Positions 1-13,687 of a stretch of 64,000 nucleotides of DNA are shown here, one piece after another. This DNA comes from Eledone cirrhosa (taxonomy: Eukaryota). Within the stretch, counting starts at the first letter, position 1, and the number at the start of each line of letters is the position of its first letter. The DNA is taken from the NCBI GenBank assembly GCA_964016885.1, contig OZ024756.1:15810001-15874000 (forward strand), written 5' to 3'. Made by a program: the position numbers and the translations under genes. Under the pieces are notes generated by a model. The model was not told the origin of the DNA, did not search any database, and saw nothing but the letters and a program-made list of their open reading frames with translations.

Positions 1-125
1 ATCATATCCAGTTTCTTATCCTTACAGGCTAAGAATAATGGATTAAAGTATTCTCTTACACCACCGTGCGAGACCCAGCCATGGCAGTTGATGTTCACTC
101 CTATATTAACAAAGAGAAATATATG

Positions 126-800
126 TATTTCTTTATTAGCCACAAGGGCACAAAAAAAGGGGACAAGTACAATGGGGGAAAGATTACGTTTAATAAAAAC
201 GTGTAAAACAATATCACAGATGAAAATTAAAGAAAAACAATCGATTTTCCCCAATAGGGGGGGGGGGGGGGGACATTAACTAGGGGTGACACATACCCCC
301 GAAAAAAAATGTGCAACCCTCATCTCCAGGAGTACGAAGAGTGAGCACTCCTTTCCTCTCTTCCTCCTCCTCCTCAACCTACAGGCTGATATAGAGAGAA
401 GGCCCATTCACTCGAGCCATTCTTGCCAATTTCACCCACCTTTCATAAAACTTGCTGGGGTACAGCACCTCTCTCTCCATCCTGAATCTTCTTCCAAAGT
501 GGTATTTGAAAAAAAGAATCAGTTGTTCGCCGGAGAGAAAGGTGTCTGACCTCAGCTCTTTCACCATTGCCATCACACAGAGGAAAACCGCTTCTCCTTC
601 ATTTTTGAAGGAGGGTGGCGGTTTGATCATGACAATGGACTCGGTCAACCGGATTGGTCCAACCCGCGAAAATAGTCGTTCTACATAGCCCCACAGGTCA
701 GTAACTCCCGGGCAGTGTACGAATGCGTGCGCGACGGTTTCCTTGTCGCGCATGCATCTCGGACAGATCTTTTTCGAAGGGTCCCTGCCCGGGTGCCCGT
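126..800 (-). mobile_element. Tx1/L1-like LINE 3' fragment (ORF2 C-terminal CCHC zinc knuckle plus 3' UTR)
   Basis: CPRC...ETVAHAFVHC motif (frameshifted) in ORF 379-753; 3' end with AATAAA similar to the copies at 48335 and 57745. Confidence 0.65.
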
Positions 801-1168
801 GTCTGTAGAGCTTGTCTCGAAGAGAAATATATGATTAGCAAATGATGATCTAAAGATCCCCCTTCGGTAACGAATATCCATGGGATTTACACCTAGAAAG
901 TTACCCTCCGAGGCACAAGTCCGGGCAAGGTTGTTTGTGGAAGACCAGCAGTCACCCATGCATACCAGTCTCCCCTCTCCACACCATCGAATTTGTCCAA
1001 GGGAAAGGCAATGATAGATACAGCTTGGCACTAGTGATGTCACAACTCATTTCTACAAGCTGAGTAAACTGGAGCTACGCTAAGCCTGATGCTCTAACCC
1101 CTAAGCCATGCGATGATATATATAATATAATAATAGACTAAAATAAAATTATTTCAGTCGTATTACAC

Positions 1169-1556
1169 CTTAACCCTTTAGAATTTAAACCAGCCAGAAT
1201 TCTCTCACCTCTTTCTGTTCAAACTGTCCATAGCTGGCCACTCGTAATGATGTTAAGGTATTGTTCTCAAAATAAATAATTGTTTCTACTTTAGGCACAA
1301 GGCCAGCAATTTGAAAAGGAGAGGAAAGTCGATTAAATCGATCCCATAAGGATGAAAGGCAAAGCTAACCTCGGTGGGGATTTGAACTCAGAACTTAAAG
1401 GAGCGTAATTTTATGCTGCAAAAGCATAGTGTCTGACACCCTACTAATACTGCCAATCCACCACCCTCAAAAATCTTTTCGATACTATGTGAGGTAAAGC
1501 GTTTACCACGAAAATACAATAGTAAATATAAATTAATGTAAATGCTAAAGGGTTAA
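1169..1556. mobile_element. piggyBac-like MITE with a Nin/Deu-domain SINE inserted (~1281-1470)
   Basis: TTAA|CCCTTT(T)AG...CTAAAGGG|TTAA termini; internal SINE on the minus strand. Confidence 0.7.
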
Positions 1557-2098
1557 ATAGCTCAGATACTATAATTTGTAGAGCTTCGTATTTTTCAAAA
1601 ATTTTATTAGGTGTAAAAAATTTACAGTATATTAAAAAATATAATTTCACCTACAAATTCATGCTTACACTGTAGTTTTGTTCTGGCAAAGAAATCGGAA
1701 TTAATTAAGATAACTAAAAAAAATGGCATATATATATATATATCATCATTATCGTATAACATCCATTTTCCACGCTAGCATGGGTTAGACAGGTTGTGGT
1801 CCCATTAAGGGCAAGTTGGGTCATGTGACCACATCTTGCTCATATAGGACTCTTTTTAGCTAAATTTCTATGGCAGTTGATGTTGGCTCCTATCTTAACA
1901 AAGAGAAATATGTGGTTAGCAGATGATGATGTGTGTGTATATATATATTATATATTCATTTAGGTTTGTTGGTTCACCACTGGATAGAACTGGTCATTCC
2001 ATATAGTCAACCTTGATGTAATATTAGGGAGAGCACTCGACGTAATGCAACTCACCTGTCTTCGTTTGTGTTGTTGGTGGTGCGAGTACGGAGTTAAT

Positions 2099-2370
2099 TA
2101 TTATAAAATAACAGGAGGCTGGACTGGTGTAATTCCTTAAAGGTTTATTATACTAGAAGGCAGCCGACCGGACTAGAAACTGCTAAATGTTTGGCCGCCT
2201 TCTTGTTTCTCTGCCTTTTCAGCCCCATGGAGTGTGTCTATTATATTCCTTTGTTAAATTTTGAATACCTGATGTCACCGGACTCATACTGAAACCGGTC
2301 ATTGAAATGTTCATAGTATAATAAACCTTTAAGGAATTACACCAGTCCAGCCTCCTGTTATTTTATAATA
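2099..2370. mobile_element. Penelope-like remnant with ~57-bp inverted repeats and a degenerate hammerhead core
   Basis: Inverted repeat 2099-2155 / 2314-2370; CTGATGT...GAAACCGGTC at 2269-2300; (TA)n flank. Confidence 0.45.
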
Positions 2371-2384
2371 TATATATACATAAA

Positions 2385-2750
2385 TAAGACTGTAGGCTTT
2401 ACATGTAGCAGCTGCACTGGGACAGCAAGCAGCAAACGGCCACAGGAAACAAGCATTACCAAACTCTGGGAGGGATCTGTAGAAGCAGTAGACAGCTTCT
2501 GCTACCTAGGTGACCAAATTAGCAGCAGAGGTGGGTGTTCTGAAAGTACAGTAACCAGGTTAAAGATGGGATGGAAGATATTCAGGGAGCCACTGCTAGC
2601 TGCAAAAGGCTTTTCCCTCAAAATGAAAGGCAGACTGTATGATGCGTGAATATGAACAGCAATGTTACATGGTAGTGAGACCTGGGCGCTGTGTGTAGAA
2701 GACTTGCATAGATTAGAAAGAAATGAAGCTTGCATGCTCTGAGGGATGTG
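2385..2750 (+). mobile_element. RTE LINE fragment (degenerate)
   Basis: Similar to 18600-18965 of the young RTE copy (SFCYLGD, LHGSETW, LERNEA). Confidence 0.8.
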
Positions 2751-2966
2751 TACCGAAACTGTAGTGATTTCCAGAGGTTGCTGAGGAGATGGGACTGTCC
2801 ATCTTCCGTTGTTTTTGTCATGGATGCCTCCTATTTGAATATATCTAAATGTGGTCTACCCTTCGTGGTAGGATCCATACCGTAAATAGAACTCAATGTA
2901 ATCTGATAGCGAGTAATCCAGTGAAATCCATAGAAAGGTTCCGTGTTCCTTAGATGCAGAGTCTGA

Positions 2967-3085
2967 TATTAGATATTAATTTAAAAATGAAAATAATAAC
3001 AAAGTCAAGTTATTTTAAGTTATGATATGAATAGGTAAAATAACTTCACTTTGTTATTATTTTCTTTGTTAAATTAATATCTAAT
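2967..3085. repeat. Imperfect ~50-bp inverted repeat
   Basis: atattagatattaattta...aagttatttta versus taaaataactt...taaattaatatctaatat. Confidence 0.6.
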
Positions 3086-3281
3086 ATATATATATGAATG
3101 TATTGAGTGTATTTTGTCATGGTACAGCATTGCAACTTTATCAAGTGTATCACTACTACTATTATTACTACCACTACTACAACTATCGCCATCAGTACTA
3201 CTACCACCACGACAATTGCTACTACTACACCAAAGAAACCTCCCCACTAATTTAAAACAAACCCAACAAAACCCAAGTTAC

Positions 3282-3453
3282 CTTTGTTGATCAGATATTT
3301 AACAATATCCACGATACCGCAGTGTACAGCATAACAGAGCGGTGGCCATCTTGCACATATTCCCTCTTCTTCTTTTTCTCCATGTCCTTCAGTGGTCTTG
3401 GTGTGAACAGCTTTGTTAATGTTGCATTCTCTGTCATTACACAACCCAATAAA
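3282..3453 (-). CDS. Ankyrin-repeat protein, second coding exon (FIGLCND...WPPLCYAVHCGIVDIVKYLINK)
   Basis: Polypyrimidine acceptor tttcccttcaacag|, 172 nt open frame, phase-1 donor AAAG|GTAACT; PLxxAxxxGxxDIVKYLI matches the ankyrin consensus. Confidence 0.8.
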
Positions 3454-4094
3454 CTGTTGAAGGGAAAAAAAAAACCCAGTCATTTTTTTTTCTTTTGAAA
3501 ATATCATAGAAATTCAGCAATTACTGTATATAGTGGTTCTGAAACTTTTGGGGTTCCCCTCTCACCTCAGGACCACTTAATACCCTCAGTTTCCCCCCAC
3601 CCCTATTTTCAGAGAGACCTGCCTACACACAAATTGTAAATAATATAACATAATATACAAACCTACAGTCAGTAAGTACCTCTTAACTCAATGTACACTC
3701 CACCCCCACCCCACCCTCTCTCTCCCGTTCCGTCCACACTGTAAGGTGGCTGTGTAGGGGACACGGTGAAAAGGCTTCCAGTCCACACTGTAAATGTGGT
3801 TGGTGTTAGGAAGGGAATCCAACTGTAAAAGAACCTGCCAGAGACACTTCCGTGCGAGTGAGACACGGTCTCCCAACCATTCCCGCATCAAATGGAACAA
3901 AATATATAAAGCGGTTGGCGTTAAGAGGGGAAGGGCATCCATCTATAGAAACCTAGCCAAAAGCATAACATATGAGCAAGATGTGGTCTTCTGACCTGCC
4001 TAGTCTCATAACATTTATAGTCCGTCTAATTCATGGAAGCATGAACAATAGATGTTAAACGGTGATAATATATATATATATATATACAGTAATA

Positions 4095-5005
4095 ACAAAT
4101 GTGAAGACTAAAATCCGAAGAGGGCAAATGGGAGAGATTGAAACTACCCCCAGCAGACCCGACAGCGGGACCAGCTATTAAGATTGATGAATATAGGGAT
4201 CCAAGAGGCAATTAAGGAAATGAAAAATGGTAAGGCTGCTGGGCCACCGGGGATAGTTGCTGAGATGCTGAAAGCGTCAGACGTAGGCACTAAACTGGTT
4301 GCATGCATCGTCAATCAAGCTATATATGGCAGAGTCATACCCAAAGACTGGTGCAGCAGTATTCTCATAAATTGCTACAAAGGTAAAAGGGATGCTCTGG
4401 AGAGGAGCAATTATAGAGGCATAAAACTGATGGATCAGGTTATGAAAGTGACAGAAAGAATGCTAGCGCAACTATTTAGAGAAAGGGTCAAACTAGATGA
4501 GATGCAGTTTGGTTTTGTGCCTGTTGAAAAGTACAACAGATGCCCTCTTCTTTAATGACACAACTACAAGAGAGGTTCTTAGAGAAGAATAAGCCACTAT
4601 ACTTAGCTTTTGTAGAGAAGGCCTTTGATAGGGTACCCTGATCTGTCATCTGGTGGTCCCTAAGGAAACTAGGTGTTGAAGAATGGCTTGTGAAGACAGT
4701 GCAAGCTTTGTACAGAGGTGCTGTCAGTAAAGTGAGGGTAGGAATGGAGTTCAGTGAGGAATTCCAGATACAAGGAGGAGTACATCAGGGTTCGGTCCTC
4801 AGCCCGCTCTTGTTCATTATAGTCCTCCAAGCCATAAAAAAGTAGTTTAAGACTGGCTGCCCATGGGAACTTCTCTATGCTGACGATCTGGTTCTTATAG
4901 CAGAATCAGTAGAGGAGCTAGAGAGTAAATTCTGGCTATGGAAACAGCAGTTGAAATTAAGAGGACTGAGAGTGAACCTAGCTAAGACAAAAATCTTGTC
5001 ATTAA
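4095..5005 (+). mobile_element. RTE LINE reverse transcriptase fragment with stops and frameshifts
   Basis: GKAAGP..., [32 protein letters not shown] motifs. Confidence 0.9.
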
Positions 5006-5080
5006 GAGTGGGTCAGGTAGCAGAGCATTGAAAATTCAAAATTGTAAGAAAGTCAAGGATAAATTATTATTTATTCACAA

Positions 5081-5202
5081 ATTTCTACAAACGTTTCAGT
5101 GCGGCTAGAATATCACATCCATTTGTAGAGCAACTAGAGATTATTAGTTAACAATTATCTCTATTATGAGTGCTTTACCTCAACTGTATATCTTCAGGAA
5201 AT
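5081..5202 (-). ncRNA. Hammerhead-like motif with a long, poorly paired stem II
   Basis: Minus strand: AUUUC-CUGAAGA-(~93 nt)-GAAA-C-GUUU-GUA-GAAAU, with a 5-bp stem I; adjacent to three 51-bp tandem repeats (5235-5375). Confidence 0.35.
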
Positions 5203-5604
5203 ATACAGAACAAAAAAAATAATAATAATTAAGACAATATCAAGATAGCGAGAGAAGCTTCTAGGCAGGCAGTGAGATGTTAATATCAAGATAGCGAGAG
5301 AAGCTTCTAGGCAGGCAGTGAAATGTTAATATCAAGATAAGGAGAGAAGCTTCTAGGTAGACAGTGAGATGTTAAGTGTATATCGCTTATATAAGGGATT
5401 TTTTTTTAGTTTAGTTTAGTTATGTTTTTTTACAGGAAAAATGAGTTATAACTAAGAATTGGTTACAGAAGGGGTTGTTAAAGAATTTCTTTATAAAGTT
5501 AGGGTAGTTTGTTTAGTTAGTTTTAGTTATAAGGGAAAGATTTGAAAGCTAAATGCTTTCATATCTTATACATATATATATATGTGCATGTATGTATATG
5601 TATA

Positions 5605-6292
5605 ATAATCATCACCATCGTTTAACGTCCATTTTCCACGCTAGCATGGGTTAGACGGGTTGTCCCAATTGAGGCAAGTTGGGTCAGGTGACCACATCTT
5701 GCTCATATAGGCTAGGTGTCTACGGCTGGATGTCCTTCCTAACATCAACCACATTTAGTGTGCTGGGTGCTTTTTGTGGTGACACCCACACGACCACTTT
5801 ACAGTGTGGGCTGGATATATTTTGTTTACGGTGTAAGGGTGGTGTGAACAGAAGTCGGTGGATGAGGGTATAGTGGTTAAGAGGCGCCTACTAGATGTAT
5901 GTTTGAGTATGTGCGCATGGGAAGGCGTGTCTTCTGTATTACTGCATAACGCCAAAGATCTTGATCCTGTCATTGTCTTTCAGAGGTTCAGTTGTGCAAG
6001 GTCATCTTTTATCACCTCGTCCCAGATCTTCCTACTCCATAGCTTCTACCAATTTTGATCACCCTGCATCTTTTTGTACAGTTGTCATCCTTCATATGCA
6101 TCACATGACCATACCAACACAATCTCCTCTCTAGAATACTGCATCTGAAGCCTCGTATACCTAATTTCTCTCTCAGTTCATTTACGCTTTGCTGTTCGTT
6201 CATGTATATTACTATTACACAGCCATTGAAGCATGCATGCTTCATTTTTTTCCAGTCTTCGCAGGTCCTCTGCACACAGTGCCCAGGTCTCT
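5605..6292 (-). mobile_element. RTE LINE 3' end and 3' UTR (fragmented)
   Basis: ELREKLGIRG..LERRLCWYGHVM in ORF 6012-6332; 3' UTR motif and (GAT)n tail on the minus strand. Confidence 0.75.
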
Positions 6293-6376
6293 CACACACA
6301 CACATTATATATATATATATATACCCACACACACATATATATATATATATATAAAGGTAGTAGCTACTGTTGCAAT

Positions 6377-6625
6377 GGTGCGTGTCTTAATGGCTAGGCT
6401 TATCGGATCACGATCGCAAGGCCGCTAGTTCGATTTCCTGCGTCGCTCCAGACCACTTAGCTGGCAAAAACGAATTGTACGTTCAATTCAAACGTCCACA
6501 CACTTGTCTCACGTCGAATCTCCCTGAGAATTACATTATGGGTGCACGTATGTGTGAAATACTCACCAACATGCACGTTAATTAGCGTGGAGGATGCTCA
6601 GGTGATCGAAATCGACGGATATTCA
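6377..6625 (+). mobile_element. Old tRNA-derived SINE-like element
   Basis: Degenerate A box and B box (agttcgatt); (TA)n flanks. Confidence 0.4.
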
Positions 6626-6931
6626 ATATATATATATATATATATATAAGTAATATTAAACTCCGGTGTTTACTATGTCATGGCGTTGCTTTACAGACGA
6701 CAAGAAACGGTTAGAATCTGATTTAACCCTTTCATTACTATATTCCTCATGAAAGACAGAGACAGCCTCTGATATTGTAATCGTTTTCAAAATAAACAAG
6801 AATTTGAAGGTATTTAGTAAGATGACTAACTTTCTCCTTATTTAGCTGCTATTTGGAACATAACTTAATATGAAACGATGGCGGAAGGTATTTAGATAGA
6901 TAAATATAAACAAACCCGCAGCATAATTTAC

Positions 6932-6991
6932 CTGATCCATATCGTTTGATGATATAGCTTGAAGTAAGCATCGTTGTTTACTGTGGGACAT
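6932..6991 (-). CDS. Ankyrin-repeat protein, first coding exon (MSHSKQRCLLQAISSNDMDQ)
   Basis: ATG at 6991 with A at -3 and an in-frame upstream TAA; 20 open codons; phase-0 donor CAG|GTAAAT; joins in frame to the exon at 3453 to give an ankyrin-like LLQAISSNDMDQFIGLCNDRECNIN. Confidence 0.7.
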
Positions 6992-7708
6992 TATTTAAAA
7001 CATCCATCAACCTTTCTTCCTCACAGAAACCACCCCTCTCTTTCTTTCTTTCTCTATAGCTCTTTTTTCACTTTATATTTATACTTCTCCCTCTCTCTCT
7101 GTCTTTCCGTGTATCTATTTCGTCCTCCCTCTCATTCTCCCACTCCTCTCTTTCTTCCTCTATATCTTCCGTCCCACCCTCGTGTAAGCCATCTAAACAA
7201 GAACGATAACTCAATAGTACATAATTTATACAAAAACAAAACCACATTATTAAAGAGAACAAAATAAAATAAAAATGAAATGAAAAGAAAATAAAAAAAA
7301 ATTAAGCAACGAAAGAAACGGCGGGGTTCAGTGGAAAAAGGTAGAGGAGTATATTTATATTACGACCATATAACAGTATTAGACTTCGGGGTTGCCTCAA
7401 AAGTTTCTGAACCAAAAAGGGTTCCGCATATGAAAAAGTTTGGGAAACCCTACCCTAGATTCTTCCACCATCGTGGTGTTTCAAATGCGCCCCACGGAAA
7501 AAATGTTAAAGTTAACCAGGTCTTTTTATTTGTATACGATGGACCCACATCTTACGAGGTTGTGAAAAACAAACCTACAACCCTCCCCCTGCCCCCGATT
7601 TTAAATACGAGCGGTTAGAATATTAGAATATACTTTCATTGCCTTGTGCCAAACGTAGAAACAATTATCATCAGCATTTTACAACTGATTTTTGGCATGG
7701 TTTCTATG

Positions 7709-7839
7709 CAGTGCCGGATTTAGGACAATTCAGGCCCCTTACATTTGAAAAATTTATCGTAAAATTTTTTTGGGGGCAGAAAGATGGGATTTCGTGACTA
7801 ATGGGGCCGTGCTTAAGCACAGTGGTAAATCCGGATCTG
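7709..7839. mobile_element. hAT-type MITE
   Basis: TIRs CAGTGCCGGATTTA / TAAATCCGGATCTG; perfect 8-bp target-site duplication TTTCTATG at 7701-7708 and 7840-7847. Confidence 0.85.
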
Positions 7840-9536
7840 TTTCTATGACTGGATAATATCAATCACTTTGCTCATAATGCTCATTGGTGTAAAGTTGCGT
7901 CCCTTTATCAACAAAAACAGTAACTTAGAGATCGATAAAATATGAGCTGGAGTCGATATAATTGATTTAAAATGCATAAAGACAGGTATATTAAGGAAAT
8001 TATGCATTTTCATATGGCACGCTAAATGTAAAGATCACCCTATTACTATAGCTGAATAGAGAAAGATGATTTGTTAACTTCCTTCTTTATCAGTTGTCTG
8101 AGCAACCGAGCAGGATCGCAACAAGTTGTCAGCGATCTTTCTGATTGGTCAAAATGTTTCTCCATTGATAGCGCGTCATTCTTTCCTCCGTTATTTTATT
8201 GTGTCTTTCTTTCACTTTGTCTGTCTTTCTTCTTTTTCTTTCTTTTTCTCTTTTTTTCAGACTTTTGTGAATGAAAAGGGGGTAGAGTAATAGTAAGAGG
8301 AAGCTCTTTCCCCCCAATAAAAGAAAGAGAAAAATAATGTATTAAGAAAGTGGGAGAGAGATTGGTATTATGTAAGAGAGGGCGAAAGACCTATATAGAA
8401 AGAGTATAAGAATGAGAGAGAGAGAAAGAAAGATATATAATGTAAAGAGAAAGCAGAAGCGGAGTGGGTGGCTAAGAGAACGATAGAGTAAGTGTGAAGA
8501 GTGCTACAGAAATAGATTGGTAAATAGATAGAGAGAGAAAAGTAAATAATAGATTAGAGAGAGAAACCGAAAGATAAAGAAAGGTAAATATAAAAATAAA
8601 GAGAAAAGATGAGAAAGATCGTGAAGAACATTATAGAGTGATAGATAGAGATAAACAAAAGAGAGAGATAGAGAGAAAGTGATAAATAAATAGATAGAGA
8701 GAGAAAAGTATTTACACACGCATCACATTGGCTTTTGCTAAAGTTTCAGGAATTTCCCGAAACTATATTATTATGTAATTAATTTAGAATATAAATCGGA
8801 AGAAAGAGAAACACCACTAATGCTTTAACAATTGCATTTTCCTCTTAACCATGTCTACTGGAATTAAAACTGCAAGTTACTCACTTAAATAAGCACATAC
8901 ATACACATATATAATGTATATATATATATACTTTTAAATTTTTTATTCATAGTTGTATAAATAACATTACAAATCGTTTGCAATTCTTTCAGAATGAAAA
9001 TATAAACAGAGCATATAAATAAATTTACAGTAGAATAACATAACAAACATGTTATAAATATATACATAAATAACATTACAAATGCTTCGATAACATTATA
9101 AATAGCTCGTGATTCATTCAGAAAGATATATATACTGTTTATGTATAAATGACTTCTACAGGGCTACAAGTTTCATTCGTATTGACCTGGCGCCCGATCA
9201 GAGGCCAACATTGAAACGGCTCCTCCACTCAGCAGTGGTCGCGCATATATTTTAAGTGTATGAAATTTTGAATATACTAAATGAGCTCTCTTGCAATAGA
9301 CTGAGCATTGTTTTCTTTGGCCTATTAGCTACGGATATACAGCATACATACACATATATATATGTATATGTATATATAAATGTTTAGACCCAGGTCAGTC
9401 TTGAATGAGTAAATTATTTAAAAGGTTTGCAAACTTAGCTATCATATGGCCCTTTTTCAGGATTATAATATTTAACAACACATTTATCAAATGTCTTTAT
9501 CTTTTTTTTTTATTTTTAAATATTATTATCATGAAT

Positions 9537-9728
9537 GCGGTGGATTGGCAGTATCGGTAGAGGGTCGGACGCCATGCTTCGACGCATAGAGTTACGGCCC
9601 TTGCCATTCTGAGTTCAAATCCCGCCGAGGTTAACTTTGCTTTCATGCTTACGGGGTCGATAAAATAAAGTACCAGTAATACACTGGGTTTTTGCTGGCC
9701 TTGTGCCAAAAGTAGAAACAATTATTAT
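9537..9728 (+). mobile_element. tRNA-derived SINE with Nin/Deu-like central domain (family B); further copies near 13437, 30787, 33127, 42127, 48140, 49590, 58960 and 60440
   Basis: B box GAGTTCAAATCC; family motif GCCTTTCATCCTTACGGGGTCGATAAAAT..AGTACCAG; tail ttgtgccaaaagtagaaacaattatt; many dispersed copies. Confidence 0.75.
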
Positions 9729-10242
9729 CATAAATGCGGTGTATGTATATGATTTTGGTTATTATTCCTAGCGAAGCTGTTCTAATGAACACGTCGTATC
9801 AAGCATCGTCAGAAAACACTAATAGGCCACTGACTCAACATATATATATACACGTTTTTTTCCAATATACACACTCTGTGCATAGAGGGCTTGTTTTAGT
9901 ACCACCTCCAATAATTCACTGAATAACCTACACTATATATAAACACAGACACATATATATATATATATATATGTGTGTGTGTTATGAATTACCGGCATAT
10001 ATATATGTGCGTGTATGTGCATAATATTTTTCGATTTGATCGATATATGTATTTACAGAAGAGCAAAGTGAAAGACTGCTTTCTAAGAAGCATTGACATC
10101 CTCAACAGATTTATCTCCTCTTGAATCTAAAACTCTTTTTTTTTTTCTCCCCTCTTAATTTTCCTTCTTTAATCCGTTAGATTAGTCACAATACCGTACA
10201 TATATATACACACACTATATACATACATAGATTTACACATAC

Positions 10243-10286
<44 letters not shown>

Positions 10287-10379
10287 AATAATTATATATT
10301 TACACACAATAACATTATACATACACCTACCAAAACTTTTCCCCACATAAATATATATATCCGCTTTTTCTCCTCTATC

Positions 10380-10423
<44 letters not shown>

Positions 10424-10432
10424 CAACACACA

Positions 10433-10473
<41 letters not shown>

Positions 10474-10623
10474 CAACACACTCTCCTTGTAACTGTCTGT
10501 CTTTCTCTCTTATTCTCTCCCTTTTATCTTTCAGTCTTTCCTATTTCTCCCTCCTATGTCTTTGTCCCTCTTTCTCTCTGTCAGCCTATTTAAATCTTTA
10601 TTCCACTGCAATCAACTGGAGTT

Positions 10624-10692
10624 ATGTCGAGTGGTGTGGAACGACAGTTTAAAGAACACGACCAGAATGGAATATGGAATGGTGTCTTTAAA
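10624..10692 (+). CDS. PTPN1/PTPN2-like: PTP1B/TC-PTP (PTPN1/PTPN2-like) tyrosine phosphatase, coding exon 1 ([23 protein letters not shown])
   Basis: Resembles the PTP1B/TC-PTP N-terminus (E-x-E/Q-F...D...W pattern); phase-0 donor AAA|GTAAAT, compatible with exon 2. Confidence 0.75.
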
Positions 10693-10906
10693 GTAAATAT
10701 ATTATTTATTTATCTATCTATCGTTTCTCATTTAATCAACCTACGTATATTCTCATTTATTCACTCACATGTATATATATATATATATATATATAATCAC
10801 ACACACATGTATGAATATATATATATATACATACACACATGTATCAATATATATATATATATATACATACACACAGACACATGTGTGTATATATATATAC
10901 ACACAC

Positions 10907-10945
<39 letters not shown>

Positions 10946-11224
10946 TATCAGAGCAATGGCTTTATATCTAAACAGAACACTTGTTCTCGTGGCAACATTG
11001 AAACTGATAAAACGATCGTTTCAAACGTTAAATGACATGTACACACACACACACACACATATATTTATTTACATACACATATTGAGTGACTGTTTTTGGA
11101 AGGAGCCTCTAGGAATATTCTTGCCTCTACGCAACAAATGTTTGCTCTGGCCGTCACCACATAGCTATATACCCATGTAGCTATACGATTATATAGCCCT
11201 ATGCCCATTTTATCACATAGCTAT

Positions 11225-11772
11225 ATGGCCCTATATCCATTTAACCACAATAGCTCTATGGCCCTATACACATATAACCACACAGCTATATGGCCCTATA
11301 CACATATAACCACACAGCTCTATGGCCCTATACACATATAACCACACAGCTATATGGCCCTATACACATATAACCACACAGCTATATGGCCCTATACACA
11401 TATAACCACACAGCTATATGGCTCTATACACATATAACCACACAGCTCTATGGCCCTATACACATATAACCACACAGCTATATGGCCCTATACACATATA
11501 ACCACATAGCTCTATGGCCCTATACACATATAACCACACAGCTCTATGGCCCTATACACATATAACCACACAGCTATATGGCCCTATACACATATAACCA
11601 CACAGCTATATGGCCCTATACACATATAACCACATAGCTCTATGGCCCTATACACATATAACCACACAGCTATATGGCCCTATACACATATAACCACACA
11701 GCTATATGGCTCTATACACATATAACCACACAGCTATATGGCTCTATACACATATAACCACACAGCTATATT
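11225..11772. repeat. Minisatellite, 32-bp unit (cacacagctatatggccctatacacatataac), about 16 copies
   Basis: Direct tandem periodicity. Confidence 0.95.
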
Positions 11773-11929
11773 ACCATGCTGTTTTCTCTGTTTAACTCAA
11801 CAGAACATCCACGCCTCGCTGATTCATTTTCGCGCCCCTCCACCAACATTTTCTACATTTATTCCATCATAATATTACACACACACACATATATAATTTT
11901 ATTACTCATAGTTCCCCTTTTCGTCTATG

Positions 11930-11983
<54 letters not shown>

Positions 11984-12800
11984 TTCATTCGAAGGAAATC
12001 ATCCCGGATTTTCCTGATGATTTCCTTCGAATAAAACAGTTCTAGTTCCGTATATTACATTTAGTTGTATTGAGTACCTTACTTACTGTTGTTACCCCTG
12101 ATTGAACCCGGGATTCGCACATATATATATATGTGCGAATAGCGGGTTCAATACCTTTCATTTATATATATATATATACCCACTCATCATATATTGAATG
12201 GTTCTGATTGACATTATATATATTATTTTAATAAAGTACCAGTAATGCACTGGGTATTTGCTGGCCTTGTGCCTAAAGTAGAAACAATTATATATATTAT
12301 TTTAAGAATTATTTGCCCTAAGGTTAAGGTTTCGATAACAAATAGTATCTAGATTTAGTACTATAGAGTACTAAGTTGAATTAAGGCCTTACTAGTCTCA
12401 ACTAGTAACATCTCATCCGTGCGTGTGTGTTTGTGTATATTTCTCACGAATGAAACAGTTCTAGTCCTGTAGAAGCTTTTCTATATTAAAACATTTATAC
12501 TCTGCTATGTATTGAGTACCTTACTTACTGTGGTTACCCCCGCTTGAACCCGGAATAACTTATATATATATATATTTATTAAAATAACAGATTAAAGTTT
12601 TGCTCTACGGTTCTTATATATTTTATATATATTTATCCTTATCGAGCCCTCTTTGAATTTTAGTCTTCAAATTTATTATTATTACTATATATATATATAT
12701 ATATATATATAAATGTTCGCCTACATATATGCAACACATGCATTGAGTTTTGTTTCACTCGTTGTCACCGCCAAACATACACACACAACTCTACAGACAA

Positions 12801-12898
<98 letters not shown>

Positions 12899-13224
12899 GT
12901 ATATGTATGTATTTTCATTGAAGAGTTTCATTGTAGCTATACCGGTTTCTACATGTCCAGACAAATACCATTAATTCTGTTACGTTTAATACATCTTATT
13001 TTCCACGACTATTATGTCTGTGGTTTAACACAGAAACTCTGTGTGTGTGTATATATGTATGTATACATAAAATTTAATATAGCAACGCCTGATGATTTCT
13101 TTCGAATGAAACAGTTCTAGTCCTGTAGAAGCTATTTCTGTATTACATTTTGTATATACTCTAATACTTCACGTACCGTGATTACCTCTGATTGAACCTG
13201 GGACATACACACATACACACACAG

Positions 13225-13263
<39 letters not shown>

Positions 13264-13687
13264 CGTAGGTCCCGGGTTGAGTCGGGGATAACCACAGTAA
13301 GTAAGGTACTCAATACATGGCAGAGTAAAATTTTTTTTTTTTTTTTTTTTGTATGTATGTGTAAGAAACAGTTTGTTAATGCATAAGTCAAACTTGGTAT
13401 AAATATTTTCGAATTTCACCTTATATACATATATAATTGTTTCTACTTTTTGGCACAAATGCGAGCAATTATACCAATGTATTACTGGTACTTTATTTTA
13501 TCGACCCCGTAAGGGTGAAAGGCAAAGTTAACCTATAATGATTTCTTTAGTCCCAACGCCGTCAATTTTGGGAAATGGGGAAAGTCAATTACATCGACCC
13601 CTGTTGCTTTGATTTATCAGCCTGGGAATAATGACCTCGACAGGAGTTGAACTCGGAACATAAAAACCGTTTACTAAATACCTCAGA

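Noticed and set aside
1650-1682. Possible third ankyrin-gene exon
   Set aside because: It gives either an immediate stop or a 14-nt micro-exon with no ankyrin similarity.
11981-13130. Complete hammerheads at 12014, 12315-12419 (minus) and 13089
   Set aside because: Core fragments are present but stem I or key nucleotides are missing; they are treated only as decayed remnants.
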